Of a stretch of DNA of 64,000 nucleotides, positions 11,101 through 23,178 are shown piece after piece (position 1 is the first letter of the stretch; each line of letters starts with the position of its first letter). The DNA is from Heterodontus francisci (Eukaryota), in contig NC_090415.1 of NCBI RefSeq assembly GCF_036365525.1, forward strand, positions 11,036,001 through 11,100,000. The letters are read 5' to 3'. Below the pieces are notes generated by a model that was given only the letters and a program-made list of their open reading frames with translations, ran no database searches and was not told where the DNA came from. The position numbers and the translations under genes were made by a program.

Positions 11101-11364
11101 GCAAACACACCGGCTCCCTCATTCTTCCCATGTTTCTGTCGCTTTGAGAAGAGGGGCTCAATAGTAACAAACACCCTGCAGACAGAGTCCGCAATTTGAG
11201 CATCTAAATGGGACCAGCTGCCAGTTTTATATGTTCCATGTTCCCCCACACTTCCCCTCCCTCCCTCCCTCCCTCCCTCCACCCTAACCACATGTTTGAC
11301 TTTTCAATGTGGACATTGGGGAAAGTTCCCATTGATGTTTATTTGCTGAATTATTGCAGAGATC

Positions 11365-11460
11365 TGCGCACGCGCGAGAAGGGCCTGTCGAATGTGACGT
11401 CATAACGCGGAGAAGAGCGCATGCGCACCCCATCCCCCAGCTCTGCCTCTGAGCGCCATT
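11365..11460 (+). promoter_or_regulatory. CpG-rich promoter-like motif cluster (NRF1 palindrome, CRE)
   Basis: TGCGCACGCGC 11365-11375, TGACGTCA 11395-11402, GCGCATGCGC 11417-11426, in otherwise CpG-poor DNA about 60 bp before an ATG at 11488. Confidence 0.65.
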
Positions 11461-11487
11461 CACTGTGATTGTTTAAATCAGCTGCAA

Positions 11488-12502
11488 ATGGAGACATTAC
11501 AAGCCTGGGGTAAGTGAACAAACAGTATCTGCTCACAGCAGTACAACAGATTTGGGCCCGTGTCTGCCGATGTGCTGATAGATTAGCATTGATTACTGGG
11601 TACATTCAGCGGGAGTGGGGGACAGTTTGTAATGTACATTGTGGAGCAGGAACTGGTCCTGGAACATGGAGTGAGCCGGGGGGGGGAAGGGAGAGGTCTT
11701 TCTCAGGCAGTGTCTGGACAGGGAGAGAGAGACAGAATATGATGAACTCACTATTGAAAATCATTGCTGATTTCTCTCTCCAAACAGTAATGAATGTTAT
11801 AATAAAAAGCAAAATACTGCGGATGCTGGAAATCTGAAATAAAAACAAGAAATGTTGGAAATACTCAGCAGGTCTGGCTGTATCTGTGGAGAGAGAAGCA
11901 GAGTTAACGTTTCAGGTCAGTGACCCTTCTTCAGTAATGAATGTTCCTGGTTCAGATCCAGTATCTCACTATTTATTGTTATTGGATATTGAATAGCAGG
12001 AAAAAAAATGTCTGAACAATAAAGATACGGCAGATTTGAAGGGACCAGGTGAGAAGATTAAAGACACTTTTTTAAACAGTGCTTACTTGTTGTCCGTTGA
12101 ACAATGGGACACGGAAATAGAAATCTGGCTTACGCAAATGTCACTACTCGATCGGGTATTCCAATTCATGGAGCATTGCGGGGCTTGAGGTGTTTCTGAA
12201 TGTCACAGAATTGTTACAAAACCGCTCCAAATACCTGGTAAGCAGAAGCAGAGTTCTGCAGTACTGCAGTGGACTCAGACACTGACACTACTTGTGTCGT
12301 TGACTTTCCTTTTGTGATTGTTCAGAATGTTTATTGTTGAAAAGATTACTTTGATCAATTTTCTGTCTTCTCACTCAGCTGTTATTCAAGTATAAGAGTT
12401 GCCTTTCTTTTCCTGCAGGCAAAGACTTGAAGGAATCAGAATGAAAGTCGTGATTCCTCGACAGAAGAAAACGTGCATCCAGCTCGTTCCAATACACATT
12501 AG
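11488..12502 (+). pseudogene. Unnamed spliced gene, copy A (long exon 1 about 11488-12237; 84-nt exon 12419-12502), disabled
   Basis: Homologous to copies B-D. Reads ...MMNSLLKIIADFSLQTVMNVPGSDPVSHYLLLLDIE*QEKKCLNNKDTAD...EQWDTEIEIWLTQMSLLDRV... across a PLE insertion. Donor G|GTAAGC, acceptor TTTCCTGCAG|, donor AG|GTACAGT. In-frame stops present. Confidence 0.6.
11799..11931 (-). mobile_element. Short Penelope terminal-repeat insertion with 14-bp TSD CAGTAATGAATGTT
   Basis: TSD at 11785-11798 and 11932-11945; empty site in copy B near 20035. Sequence matches positions 1-56. Confidence 0.85.
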
Positions 12503-12942
12503 GTACAGTATCATTCACAAAGCACACTGAGATGGTCAGGTCGTCATTTCCACTGTAACAAACAAAATAAGTAGTCAGACCCACACTGATTCCAAGGTCG
12601 AGAGACACACTATCAATCCAATAGTCAAATAGAGCAGTAGAGATAGGAGTTGTTTCTATTTCACTCCAGCTGACTGGTAGATACATCAATCACAGTCCAA
12701 AAACACACACATTATCAGATTTGAATACACTGTGTCACCTTGGCTACAATTCAAATATCAAATCTTAAACAGAACAGACAAAATGTATCTGAATGAAAGC
12801 TACAGAATGAATCCCAATAACACACCCCACAATATAAACTGAGATACAAATTACACAGCAGTCCAAACATGTCACTAAGGGTCAGACAACAACATACACG
12901 ATTAATTCATTCTCTACAAACCAATGGAATTTGACATTACAT

Positions 12943-13284
12943 AGTTAGTTAGTTAGAGATGCAGCACTGAAACAGGCCCTTCGGACCACCGAGTCTGTGC
13001 TGACCATCAACCACCCATTTTATACTAATCCTACATTACTACCACTTCCCCACCTGTCCCTATATTTCCCTACCACCTACCTATACTAGGGACAATTTAT
13101 AAAGGCCAATTAACCTGGCAACCAGCAAGTCTTTGGCATGTGGGAGGAAACCGGAGCACCCGGAGGAAACCCACACAGACACAGGGAGAACTTGCAAACT
13201 CCAAACAGGCAGTACCCAGAATTGAACCCGGGTCGCTGGAGCTGTGAGGCTGCGGTGCTAACCACTGCGCCACTGTGCCGCCCC
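12943..13284 (-). mobile_element. tRNA-derived SINE (HE1/V-SINE-like), full length
   Basis: 5' GGGGCGGCACAGTGGCGCAGTGGTTAGC (A box), CCCGGGTTCAATTC (B box), V domain, (CTAA)n tail. Absent at the paralogous site near 21398. Confidence 0.92.
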
Positions 13285-13479
13285 AAATCAGGTCATGCTC
13301 TAAATTTGAAAGATCGTCATTCATAATTGCTTTTGCAGAGCTACAAATTGGATACCAAGCTGCAACTCACAAACAAGAATTGAATAAAACCTACAGCAAT
13401 AAAATATTGTTAATCCTTATTTTAAATTAAACACAACTAAACACATATTGATACATTAATGAGTTAAACAAAGCGTTGC

Positions 13480-13860
13480 CAACACAGTGCCTGAGATACA
13501 CCTTAAGTCCTGAATACAGCAGAATCTCAACTCACATACAGCACAAAGGCACATAGATGCAGAGTGAATCCTCCAGTCAAACAGGGTGCCAGAGCCTCTC
13601 AGATCAAGAATGAATCACGTATACAGACACAGTATCAGTAACTTACATATATTGAATGTGTCTATCCTGTGTGCACAGTAGAGATACTGGCAGATACAGA
13701 ATGTCTCCCACACTTACATACTCCCCCATAGACAGACACATAAGGAATGCATTCCAAACACACATTCAGTACCAGAGACATCAAATTCAGAATAAACCCG
13801 ACATTCACACACAGGATCAGAGACTGAAAGTCCTGAATGTGGCCCACATTCGTATACATA
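13480..13860. repeat. Very degenerate copies of the 41-bp tandem repeat
   Basis: Recurring CACACTTACATA / ACTGGCAGATACAGAAT-like words. Confidence 0.45.
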
Positions 13861-13869
13861 TCCTTAACC

Positions 13870-15830
13870 CTTATCCAATAGGTATGAGCTTCTTGCTCCC
13901 TGTGTGGACGAGGGCACAGGCTGCAGGGAGGATGAGCCAACTGTCCACAGCACCGTGGTTCAGAGCGCTATTCAAGTGGGGGGATGAGTAATCGGGGATT
14001 GCAGATTTAGGGGAATAGATTCCATTCTCTGGCATCAATAACAGGGAGTCCCAAAGGCTGTGTTGCCGACCTGGTGCCAAGATTAATGACATCTCTTCTT
14101 GACTGGAGAGTAACTTGTGTGGGAGGGGAAGGATCCAGCTGTCTTGGTCCACATAGGTAGAACAAGGAATCCGGTTCTGCTCAGGGCCTATGAGCAGCTC
14201 GGGGCTAAATTAAAAAGCAGAACCAGAAAGGTAATACTCTCCAGAATGCTACCAGAGCAACGTGCAAATTGGTGTAGGGTAAATCAGATTATAGAGGTAA
14301 ACGTATGGCTCAAAGATTGGTGTGGGAGAAATGGGTTCCAATTCCTGGGGCACTGGCACCAGTACTGGGAAAGGAGAGAGCTGTTCCACTGGGACAGGCT
14401 TCATTTGGACCATGCTGGGACCCATGTCCTGGCGAATCATATAACTAGGTTGTAGGTAGGGCGTTAAATTTATTAATGTGGGGTGGGGGGTGGCGTTCAA
14501 TTGAAGGGAAGTTTAAAAAATCAAAAAGGAACGAGAGAACAAAGGTACAGAGTAGTGAAGAGGCAAATGGTAATCAAAGTATGACAGGAAGGTGCAGCTA
14601 ATATAAGCAGCAGAGTTGAGCAGAAATTAGAACCAGAATGAATAATAATGATAAAAAGTCAAAGCCTCTTTATCTGAATGCACACAGCATTTGTAACAAG
14701 ATAGATCAGTTGGCGGCACAAATAGAACTAAATGAATGTGACTTGATAGCTATTACAGAGACGTAGTTGCAGGGTGACCAAGACTGGAAACTCAATATTC
14801 AAGGGTATACAATGTTCTGGAAAAATAGGCAAAAAGGAAAAGGAGGTGGGGTAACTTTGTTAATAAAGGAAGGTATCAGTGCGGTGTTGAGTAGTGAATT
14901 AGGTGCAATAGATCATGATGTGGAATCGGTTTGGGTGGAAATAAGGAATAGCAAATGGAAGAAGTCACGGGTGGGAGTCATCCCGAAGAGCTGTCTCACA
15001 GAAGGACAAAGTATAAATCAGGAAATAATGGAGCCATGTAAGAAGGGTGCTACAATAGTCACGAATGATTTTAATCTGCATATTGACCAGACAAATCAGA
15101 TTGGCAGAGGTAACATGGAAGGTGAATTTGTAGAGTGCAGCAGGGACTGTTACTTCGATCAATATATTGCAGAACATACCCAGGAACAGGTTATTTTGGA
15201 TCTAGTAATGTGTAATGTGATAGGATTAACAAGAGATATTGTAGTTAAGGATCCTCTATGGGGTAGTGATCACAACATGGTAGAATTTCAAATTCAGTTT
15301 GAGGGCGAGCAACTCGGGTCTCAAACCAGTGTCCTCAAATTAAACAAGGGCAATTGCTGTGGTATGAAGAAAGAGTTGTCTAAAGTGGGCTGGGAAAATG
15401 GACTAAGGGGAAGGTCAGTGGATGAGCAGTGGCAGACATTTAAACAGATATTTCATAATGCTGAGCAAAAATTTATCCCAGTCAAAAAGAGAAGGATGAA
15501 CCATCTGTGGTTAATAAATGCTGCCAAGGAGAATATCCAATCAAAAACGAAGGCATACCAAGAGGCAAAAACTAGTGGTGGGCCAGGGGATTGGGAATAT
15601 TTTAGGAATCAGCAACGGATTACTAAAAAGTGAATAAAGAGGGGGAACATTGATTCTGACAGTAAATTGGCAAGAAATATATAAACAAACAGCGAGAGCT
15701 TCTCCGGGTATATAAAAAGAACGAGAGTAGCTAAAGTGAGTGAGGGGACCTCAGAGGATGCAACTGGAGAACTGATAATGGGGAACAGGGAAATGGCAAA
15801 TAATTTATACCAATATTTTGCCTTGGTCTT
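13870..15830 (+). mobile_element. CR1-group LINE 5' half (ORF1 SGNH esterase, ORF2 APE), degenerate
   Basis: VLVHIG...VNVWLKDWCGRNGFQFLGHW...WDRLHL (esterase). KGGGVTLLIKEG, DFNLHID, ILDLVMCN, GSDHNMVEF (APE). Confidence 0.88.
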
Positions 15831-15831
15831 C

Positions 15832-17300
15832 ACACATTACACATACTCACATAGCAGACGTTGATTGCTGCAGAAAAAGGAAATGAGCACACAGACACCT
15901 ATAAGGAACTGTAAGATGCAGATAAGAACACAAACCTACAGACCAGAAATCGAAAGATTCAGAGAAAAAAAAACCCATATCACACACTAGAGTTTGAAAG
16001 ATACAGAATAAACCCACACTGTCATACCTTAACTTTACAGTTACAAATTAAAACTGAGACTCCCATACCAGAAACCAACAGGTGCAAAGTGAAACTCTGT
16101 CAAGTAACAGCAACTGACAGGTACAGATCAAAAACCAGATTCATATCACAGAAAATAACAGGTGCAGAATAAAACAACAGTCACACATCAGAATCTGGCA
16201 GGTCGAGAAATAAACCACCTTACTTTACCATAAACTGCCAGGTATAGACTAAAACAGATATTCATTTACTATCAATGGACAGGGACAGATCTAATCCTTC
16301 ATTCACTTAACAGAAGCAAAAAGGTATAGGATAAAGAATGTACTCAAATTCCAAAGATTGAAAGATCCAGAATAAACCCACATTCACATACCAGAAACTG
16401 ACAGGAAAAGATTGAAATCTTCACACATTTCAGAAAGTAACTGGTACAGAATAAATGCCTCCCTCACATATGAGAAACTGGTAGATACAGGTTGAAACAC
16501 AGACTCACACACTAGAAGCCAAAAGGTACAGATTAAAATCTCCATTCACATATCAGAAATTAGGAGATGAAGTATAAAAACCACACTTAACTACCAGAGA
16601 CTGACAGACACAGAGTGAAATCCATAGGGAATTGTAAGAAATTTACAGTTAGAGAGGGAAAGTCTGTGATGCATAACAGAGAGTGACAGGTACAAAGAAA
16701 ACCTGACAATTGGCACTTCAGACACTGACAAATACAGAGCAAAACATACGCATAAGGAAGAAGATTCATATACCAGATACTGACAGATACCGACTAAAAC
16801 TCGCACACAGGTAAAAGAAACTGAGAGGTTCAGAATAAAATTGGCAGTCACATACCAGAGAATGACATGTACAAATTAAACCTCAGAGCCATATGTCAGA
16901 AACTGGCATGTAGAGATTAAAAATCACATTCACATCCGAGACAATGTAGAGATGTGGTGAAAAATCCACAATCAAAAACCAGAATGTACCCCTTACTCTT
17001 GCAACAGATATTGACAGCGACAGGATAAAAACCACAGCAACACATTAGAAATTTAAGGGCACAGGTTAAACCTTAAATTGGCCTAACTGGACACTCAAAG
17101 ATGAAGTGTGAACCCCCACTCATATTCCCAAGAATGGAATATTAACGGTCAAATCCACACTCACATATTCTGAACTCATGGGGACAAAGTACAAGCCAGA
17201 CACACAGACTCAGCAAAATCTGAAAGATACAGAATAAGACGGTTCTCACATAAAACAGGTACAGATATACTCACACTCAAAATCAGAAACTGACAGAGAT
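15832..17300. repeat. Degenerate 41-bp tandem repeat array
   Basis: Consensus about CACACTCACATACCAGAAACTGACAGGTACAGAATAAAACC. The AGAA(A)C anchor recurs at 16392, 16431, 16472, 16513, 16554, 16595. Confidence 0.75.
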
Positions 17301-17304
17301 AAAT

Positions 17305-19858
17305 TGTAGACGAGGGAATTGAGAGGTAAACATGCTGGGACCAGTGTTCTGGCAAACTGCATAACTAGGGAAGCAGAGAGGGCTTTGAACGAAACAAAGG
17401 GGTAGAGGGATCAATCTTGGGTAGGTGCAACAAATCAAGGTGTAGAGTCAAGGTAAGAGAGCAGAATAGTAATATGGGAAATGAAGACCAGTGAATGGCG
17501 GAAGGGACAGAGAGAAAAAAACCGAAGAACACAGCAACAGTCAACACGAGGTGTTAGAAAGATAACAAAAATATAAGGCTCTGTATGTGAATGCACATAG
17601 CATTCATAACAAGGTAGAGGAACAGATAGTGCACATTGAAGTAAATCAATATGATATAATAGCCATTACAGAGACATGGTTACAAGACAACAATGGTTGG
17701 GTCCTGAATATTGAGGGGTATACAGCATTCAAGAAGAATAGGAAGTTAGATAAAGGTGAAGGGGTTGCACTGTTAATCAAGGATGGCGTTGGTACAATAG
17801 TTAGAGATGACCTTGGTTCCGGAGATCAGGATGTAGAATCGGTTTGGGTGACAATGAGGAATAGTTGGGGAAAGAAGTCACTAGTGGGAGTTGTGTACAG
17901 GCCACCGAGCAATAATGACAATGTAGGATGAAGTATACAAGAACAAATTTTGGGTGCTTGTGATAAAGGGATGGAAATAATAATGGGGATTTTATTCAAC
18001 ATATAAACTGGAAAAATGAGATTGGTTATAGCAGCCTGGACGAAGAGTTCATAGAATGCTTTTGAGATAGTTTCTTTGAGCAGTACATTCTAGAACCAGG
18101 TTATATTAGATTTGGTATTGTGTAATTTGACAGGATTAATTAATGACCTCAGTGTCAAGGGACCTCGAGGTAGCAGCAACCACAATATGACAGAATTTTG
18201 CGTCCAGTTTGAAATTGAGAGGAGTGGGTCTAAGACTAGTATTTTAAACTTAAATAAGGACAACTATGAGGGCATGAAAGCTGAGCTAGCTGAATTGAAC
18301 TGGGTTACTGGGCTAGGAGATAAATCAATAGAGAAGCAGTAGCAGACATTTAAGGCGGTCTTTCTGAATGCTCAAAGGAAGTATATTCCTCCAGTAAAGT
18401 AAAATTCCAAGGGGAGGACCCACCATCCATTGTTCACTAAAGAAGTTAAGGATAGCCTCAACCTTAAGAAAAAAGACGAGTGGCAGGTCAGATGATTGGT
18501 CAGAATATAATGAATGGCCGAGAATGACTGAAAGGTTAATCAGGGGAAAATAAATTAGATTATGACAGCAAACTAGCTAGAAATGTAAAAACGGATAGCA
18601 AGAGTTTCCATAGGTATTTAAAAAGGAAAAGTATAAGTAAAGTGAGTGTTGGTCCTTTGGAGAATGAGGATGGGGAGTTAATAGTAGATAATATGGAAAT
18701 GGTGGTTGAAATGAACAAATATTTGGCTTCTGTCTTCACTAGAGGATACACAAAATATTTCAGTAATAGCAGTTAATCAGGAGGTGGAAGGAAGAGAGGA
18801 ACTTGGTGAAGTTACAATCACCAGAGAAGTGGTACTGAATAAACTGATGGAGCTGCTGGCTGACAAGTCTCTGGGTCCTGATGGGCTTCATCCTCGGGTC
18901 CTTAAAGTTATGGCTGCTGAAATAGTTGACTCGTTATTTTTTCAAGATTCGCTAGATTCTAGAAAGGTTCCATCAGACTGGAAAGTAGCAAATATATCCC
19001 TTCTATTCAAGAAGGTGGGGAGGCAGAAATTGGGTAACTATAGGCCAGTTAGCTTGACCCCTGATTCAGGGAAGGCATTAGAATTGATCATTAAGGAGGC
19101 TATAGCTGGGCCTTTAGAAAAACACAAGGTCATTGGAAATGTTCAGCATGGCTATGTGAAAGGGAAATCATGGTTAACCAAAGTGTTCGAGTTCTTTCAA
19201 GGAGGAAAATGCACTGGGGATAAAGGAGAGCCCATTGACATACAGTATTTGGTTTTCAAGAAGGCCTTTGTCAAGGTGCCACATGAAAGGTTATTGTGCA
19301 AAGGTTATTGACCACATCTTGAATACTGCATGCAGTTTTAGTCTCCATATTTCAGGAAGGAAGTAAATGTGTTGGAGGCGTTTCACAGGAGGTTTATTAG
19401 ATTGATACCTGGAATGAGTGGGTTGTCTTATGAGGAAAGGTTGGACAGACTGGGCTTTTCTTCACTGGAGTTTAGAAGAGTGAGGGGAGACTTGATTGAA
19501 GTGTATAACATCCTGAATGGTCTTGACAAGTGGATGGGGAAAGGATGTTTCCTCTTGTGGATGAGTTCATAACTCGGGGTTGCTGTTTTCCAATTAGGGG
19601 TCGCCATTTTAGGACTGAGATGAGATTTGTTTTCTCTCCGAGGGTTGTGCAACTTTGGAATTCTCTGCCTCAGAAGGTGGTGGAGGTGGGGTAATTGAAT
19701 ATTTTTGAGGCAGGGGTAGATAGATTCTTGTTAGGCAAGGGAATCAAAGATTATCAGGCATAGATGGGAGTGTGGAATTCAACTCAGAAATTGATCAGCC
19801 AAGAACAAATTGAATAGCGGAGCAAGCTCGAGCGGCTGAATGGTCTACTTCTGCTAAT
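17305..19858 (+). mobile_element. CR1-group LINE (APE, partial RT, 3' tail), internally deleted
   Basis: NAHSIHNK...IAITETWL...GVVYRPP; GPDGLHPRVLK; NYRPVSLT; SYEERLDRLG. Confidence 0.88.
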
Positions 19859-19859
19859 T

Positions 19860-20964
19860 CAGCAGGACTGGGGGACTGTTTGTAATATGCACTGTGAAGC
19901 AGGAACTGGACCCGGAACATGGAGTGAGCCAGGGGAAAGGGAGAGGTCTTTCTCGGGCACTGTTTGGACAGGGAGAGAGAGACAGAATATGATGAACTCC
20001 CTTTTCAAAATCATTTCTGATTTCTCTCTCCAAACTGTAATGAATGTTCCTGGTTTGGATTCAATATCTCACTGTTTGTTGTTGTGGATAGTGAATTGGG
20101 TGGCAGAGTGGCACAGTGACTAGTACTGCAGCTTCACAGCTCCAGTGACATTGGTCCGGTTCTTCGTACTGCTTGTGTGGATTTTGCAAGGTTTCCCTGT
20201 GACTGCATGGGTTTCCGCTGGGTGCTCTGGTTTCCTTCCACATGCCAAAGACTTGTATATTGATAGGTAAACTAGCCATTGCAAAAAAAAAAATGCCCCT
20301 GGTGTAGGTATGTTGCAGGAGAATAGTGGGGACTTTAGAGGTAGAAATGGGATTAATATAGATTGGTATAAATGGGTGGTTGGTGGTCAACATGGACTCG
20401 ATGGGCTGAAGGGCCTGTTCAGGTATTGTATATCTCTATGAATGGCGAAAAAAAAATGGCTGAATAATGAAGACACGGCAGATTTTCAAAGACTGTCTAT
20501 TGCAGGATCAGGTGAGGAGATTAAGGACACTTTTTTAAACAGTTATTACTTCTTGTCCATTGAACAATTGGACATGGAAATAGAACTCTGGCTTGTGCAA
20601 ATGTCACTTCTCTATTGAGTCGTCCGAGTCATTGAGCAGTGCTGGGCATGGGTTGTTTCGGAATGTCACAAAATTGCTGTAAAACTGCTCCAAATACCTG
20701 GGAAACAGAAGCAGAGTGCTGCAGTACTGCAGTGGACTCAGACACTGACACTGCTTATGTGTGAACTTTCCTTTTGTGATTGCTCAGAATGATTATTATT
20801 GAAAATATTACATTGATCACTTTTGTGTCTTCTCACTCACCTGTACTTCAAGTGTAAGAGTTACCTTTTTTTTCTGCCAGGCAAACACTTGAAGGAACCA
20901 GAACGAAAGTCATGACTCATCAATAGATGGAAAAGTACCTCCAGCTCGTTCCAACACATATTAG
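19860..20964 (+). pseudogene. Unnamed spliced gene, copy B (5' end lost; 84-nt exon 20881-20964), interrupted by a SINE
   Basis: Close to copy A: RERQNMMNSLFKIISDFSLQTVMNVPG...KKWLNNEDTADFQ...EQLDMEIELWLVQMSLL. Exon bounded by TTTCTGCCAG| and AG|GTACAGT. Confidence 0.6.
20097..20438 (+). mobile_element. tRNA-derived SINE (HE1/V-SINE-like), diverged
   Basis: GGGTGGCAGAGTGGCACAGTG head, V domain, GGGCTGAAGGGCCTGTT tail. Confidence 0.85.
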
Positions 20965-21624
20965 GTACAGTATCAGTCACAAAGCACAGTGACACGGTCA
21001 GGTCGTCATTTCCACTGGAACAAACAAAAGAAGTAGTCAGAACCAGACTGATCCCAAAGAGACACATTATCAATCCAATAGTCAAACAGAGCATAGAGAT
21101 AGTATTTGTTTCTATTTCTCTCCAACTGACTGGTAGATACATGAATCACAGTCCAAAAACACACACATTATCTGATTTAAATACACTGTGTCACCTTGGC
21201 TACAATTCAAATACCAAATCTTAAACAGAACAGACAAAATGTATCTGATTGAAAGCTACAGAATGAATCCCAATAACATACCCCACAATATAAACTGAGC
21301 TACAAATTACACACCAGTGTAAACATGTCACTAAGGGTCAGACAAAAACATACAGGATTAGTTCATTTACTACAAACCGATGGAATTTGACATTACATGT
21401 CAGGTCATACTCTAAAATTGAAAGATTGTCATTCACAATTGCTTTTGCAGAGATACAAATTTAATAAAAAGCTACAACTCACAAACAAGAATTGAATAAA
21501 ATCTACAGCAATAAAACATTGTTAATCCATATTTTATATTAAACACAAGTAAACACATATTGATACATTAATGTGTGAAACAAAGAGTTGTCACCACAAT
21601 GCCTGAGGTACATATGAAGTACCG

Positions 21625-23165
21625 GATATTCCAAAATTCTGTAGACTCTGGAGCAGTTCGTACAGATTGGAGGGTGGAAAATGTAACCTCACTATTTAAA
21701 ACAAGGAGGGAGAGAGAAAAAAAGGAATTACAGACCAATGAACCTTACATCAGTAGTGGGGAAAATGCTGGAGTCTATTATAAAGGATGTGCTAGTTTTC
21801 CGAAAGAGAAGTCATGCTTAACAAATCCACTGGAATTTTTTGAGGATGTAACTAGCAGACTCGATAATGGAGAACTAGTGGATGTGGTGCCTTTGGATTT
21901 TCAGAAGGCTTTTGACAAGGTCCCACATAAGAGGTTAGTGTGCAAAATTAAAGCACATGGGATTGGGGGTAATATACTGGCAGGGATTGGGAATTAGTTG
22001 ACAGACAGGAAACAGAGTAGGAATAAATGGGTATATTTCTGGGTGGCAGGCAGGGTCCAGTGAGGTACTGCTGGATACTGTGCTTGAGCCCCAGCTATTC
22101 ACAATATATCTTACAGACTTGGGTGAGGGAAGTAAATGTAACATTTCCAGGTTTGCAGATGACACAGAGCTGGGGGTGGGGTTTGTGGGGGGGATTGTGA
22201 GCTCTGAGGAGGATGCAAAAGGCTCCAATGTGATTTGGACAAGTTGGGTGAGTAGGCAACTGTGTGGCAGATGAAATATAAATTGGATAAAAGTGAATTT
22301 ATCCACTTTGGTTTTAAAACAGTAAAACAGATTATCTGAATAGTGATAGATAGGGAAAGGGGGAGGTGCAACGAGACCTGGGTGTCCTTGTACATCAGTC
22401 GCTGAAAGCAAGCAGTCAGGTGCAGCAAGCAATTAGGAAGGAAAATGGTATGTTGGCCTTCGTTGCAAGAGGATTTGAGTACAGGAGCACAGATGTCTTA
22501 CTGCAGTTATACAAGGCCTTGGTGCGACTCATCTGGAGTATTTAGAGTCATAGAGTGATACAGCACTGAACCAGGCCCTTTGGGCAACCGAGTCTGTGCT
22601 GACCAACAACCACCCATTTTTATACTAATCCTACATTAACCCCATTTGACCAACAATCACCTATTTATACAAATCCTACATTAATCCCATATTCCCTACC
22701 TCTCACCACCTTCCCTACCACCAACCGAAACTAGGGGCAATTTACAATGGCCAATTTACCTATCAACCTGCAAGTCTTTGGCTGTGGGAGTAAATCAGAT
22801 CGCCCGGCGGAAACCCACATGGTCACAGGAAGAACTTGCAAACTCCGCACAAGCAGTCCCCAGAACCAAACCCATGTCGCTGGAGCTGTGAGGCTGTGGT
22901 GCTAACCACTGTGCCACCGTATTGTGTGCAGTTTTGGTCTCTTTATCTTAGGAATTTTGTTCTCGCCTTGGTTCCTGGGATGGCAGGATTGATGTACGAG
23001 GAGAGATTGGGTCAAGTAGGCCTACATTTACTTTGGTTTAGAAGAATGAGAGGGGATCTCATAGAAACCAATAAAATTCTAACAGGATTCATGCTGAATG
23101 CAGGGAGGATGTTCCCGATGGCTGGGGAGTCCAGAACCAGGGGTCACAGTCTCAGGATACGGGGT
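21625..23165 (+). mobile_element. CR1-group LINE RT fragment interrupted by a SINE
   Basis: KSCLTNPLEFFE...LDFQKAFDKVPH, SRFADDTEL, YEERLGQVGL. Confidence 0.85.
22543..22918 (-). mobile_element. tRNA-derived SINE nested in CR1, TSD GTATT
   Basis: SINE head, V domain and tail; GTATT at 22538-22542 and 22919-22923. Confidence 0.85.
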
Positions 23166-23178
23166 ATAGAACAGTACA

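Noticed and set aside
11317-11330. NF-kB-like sites upstream of both NRF1 promoters (GGGGAAAGTTCCC; GGGGTAATCTCCC near 40655)
   Set aside because: Spacing is one base off the consensus and the flanks are not clearly homologous; could be chance.
11508-11516. GTAAGT as donor of a 22-nt first micro-exon (also near 40947)
   Set aside because: Homology and coding-like similarity between copies A and C continue for hundreds of bases past it, favouring one long exon. Not fully excluded without RNA data.
12375-12689. Minus-strand ORFs 12375-12689 and 20861-21142 as a gene
   Set aside because: They are antisense to the plus-strand 84-nt exon, whose splice signals and length are conserved in four copies.
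13200-13284. tRNA genes at SINE heads
   Set aside because: A and B boxes run directly into the V domain and LINE-derived tail with no full cloverleaf; they are SINEs.
15832-17300. CRISPR-like array, or C2H2 zinc-finger coding repeats, for the periodic region
   Set aside because: Eukaryotic context, no constant repeat with unique spacers, period of 41 not divisible by 3, and frequent stops in all frames.
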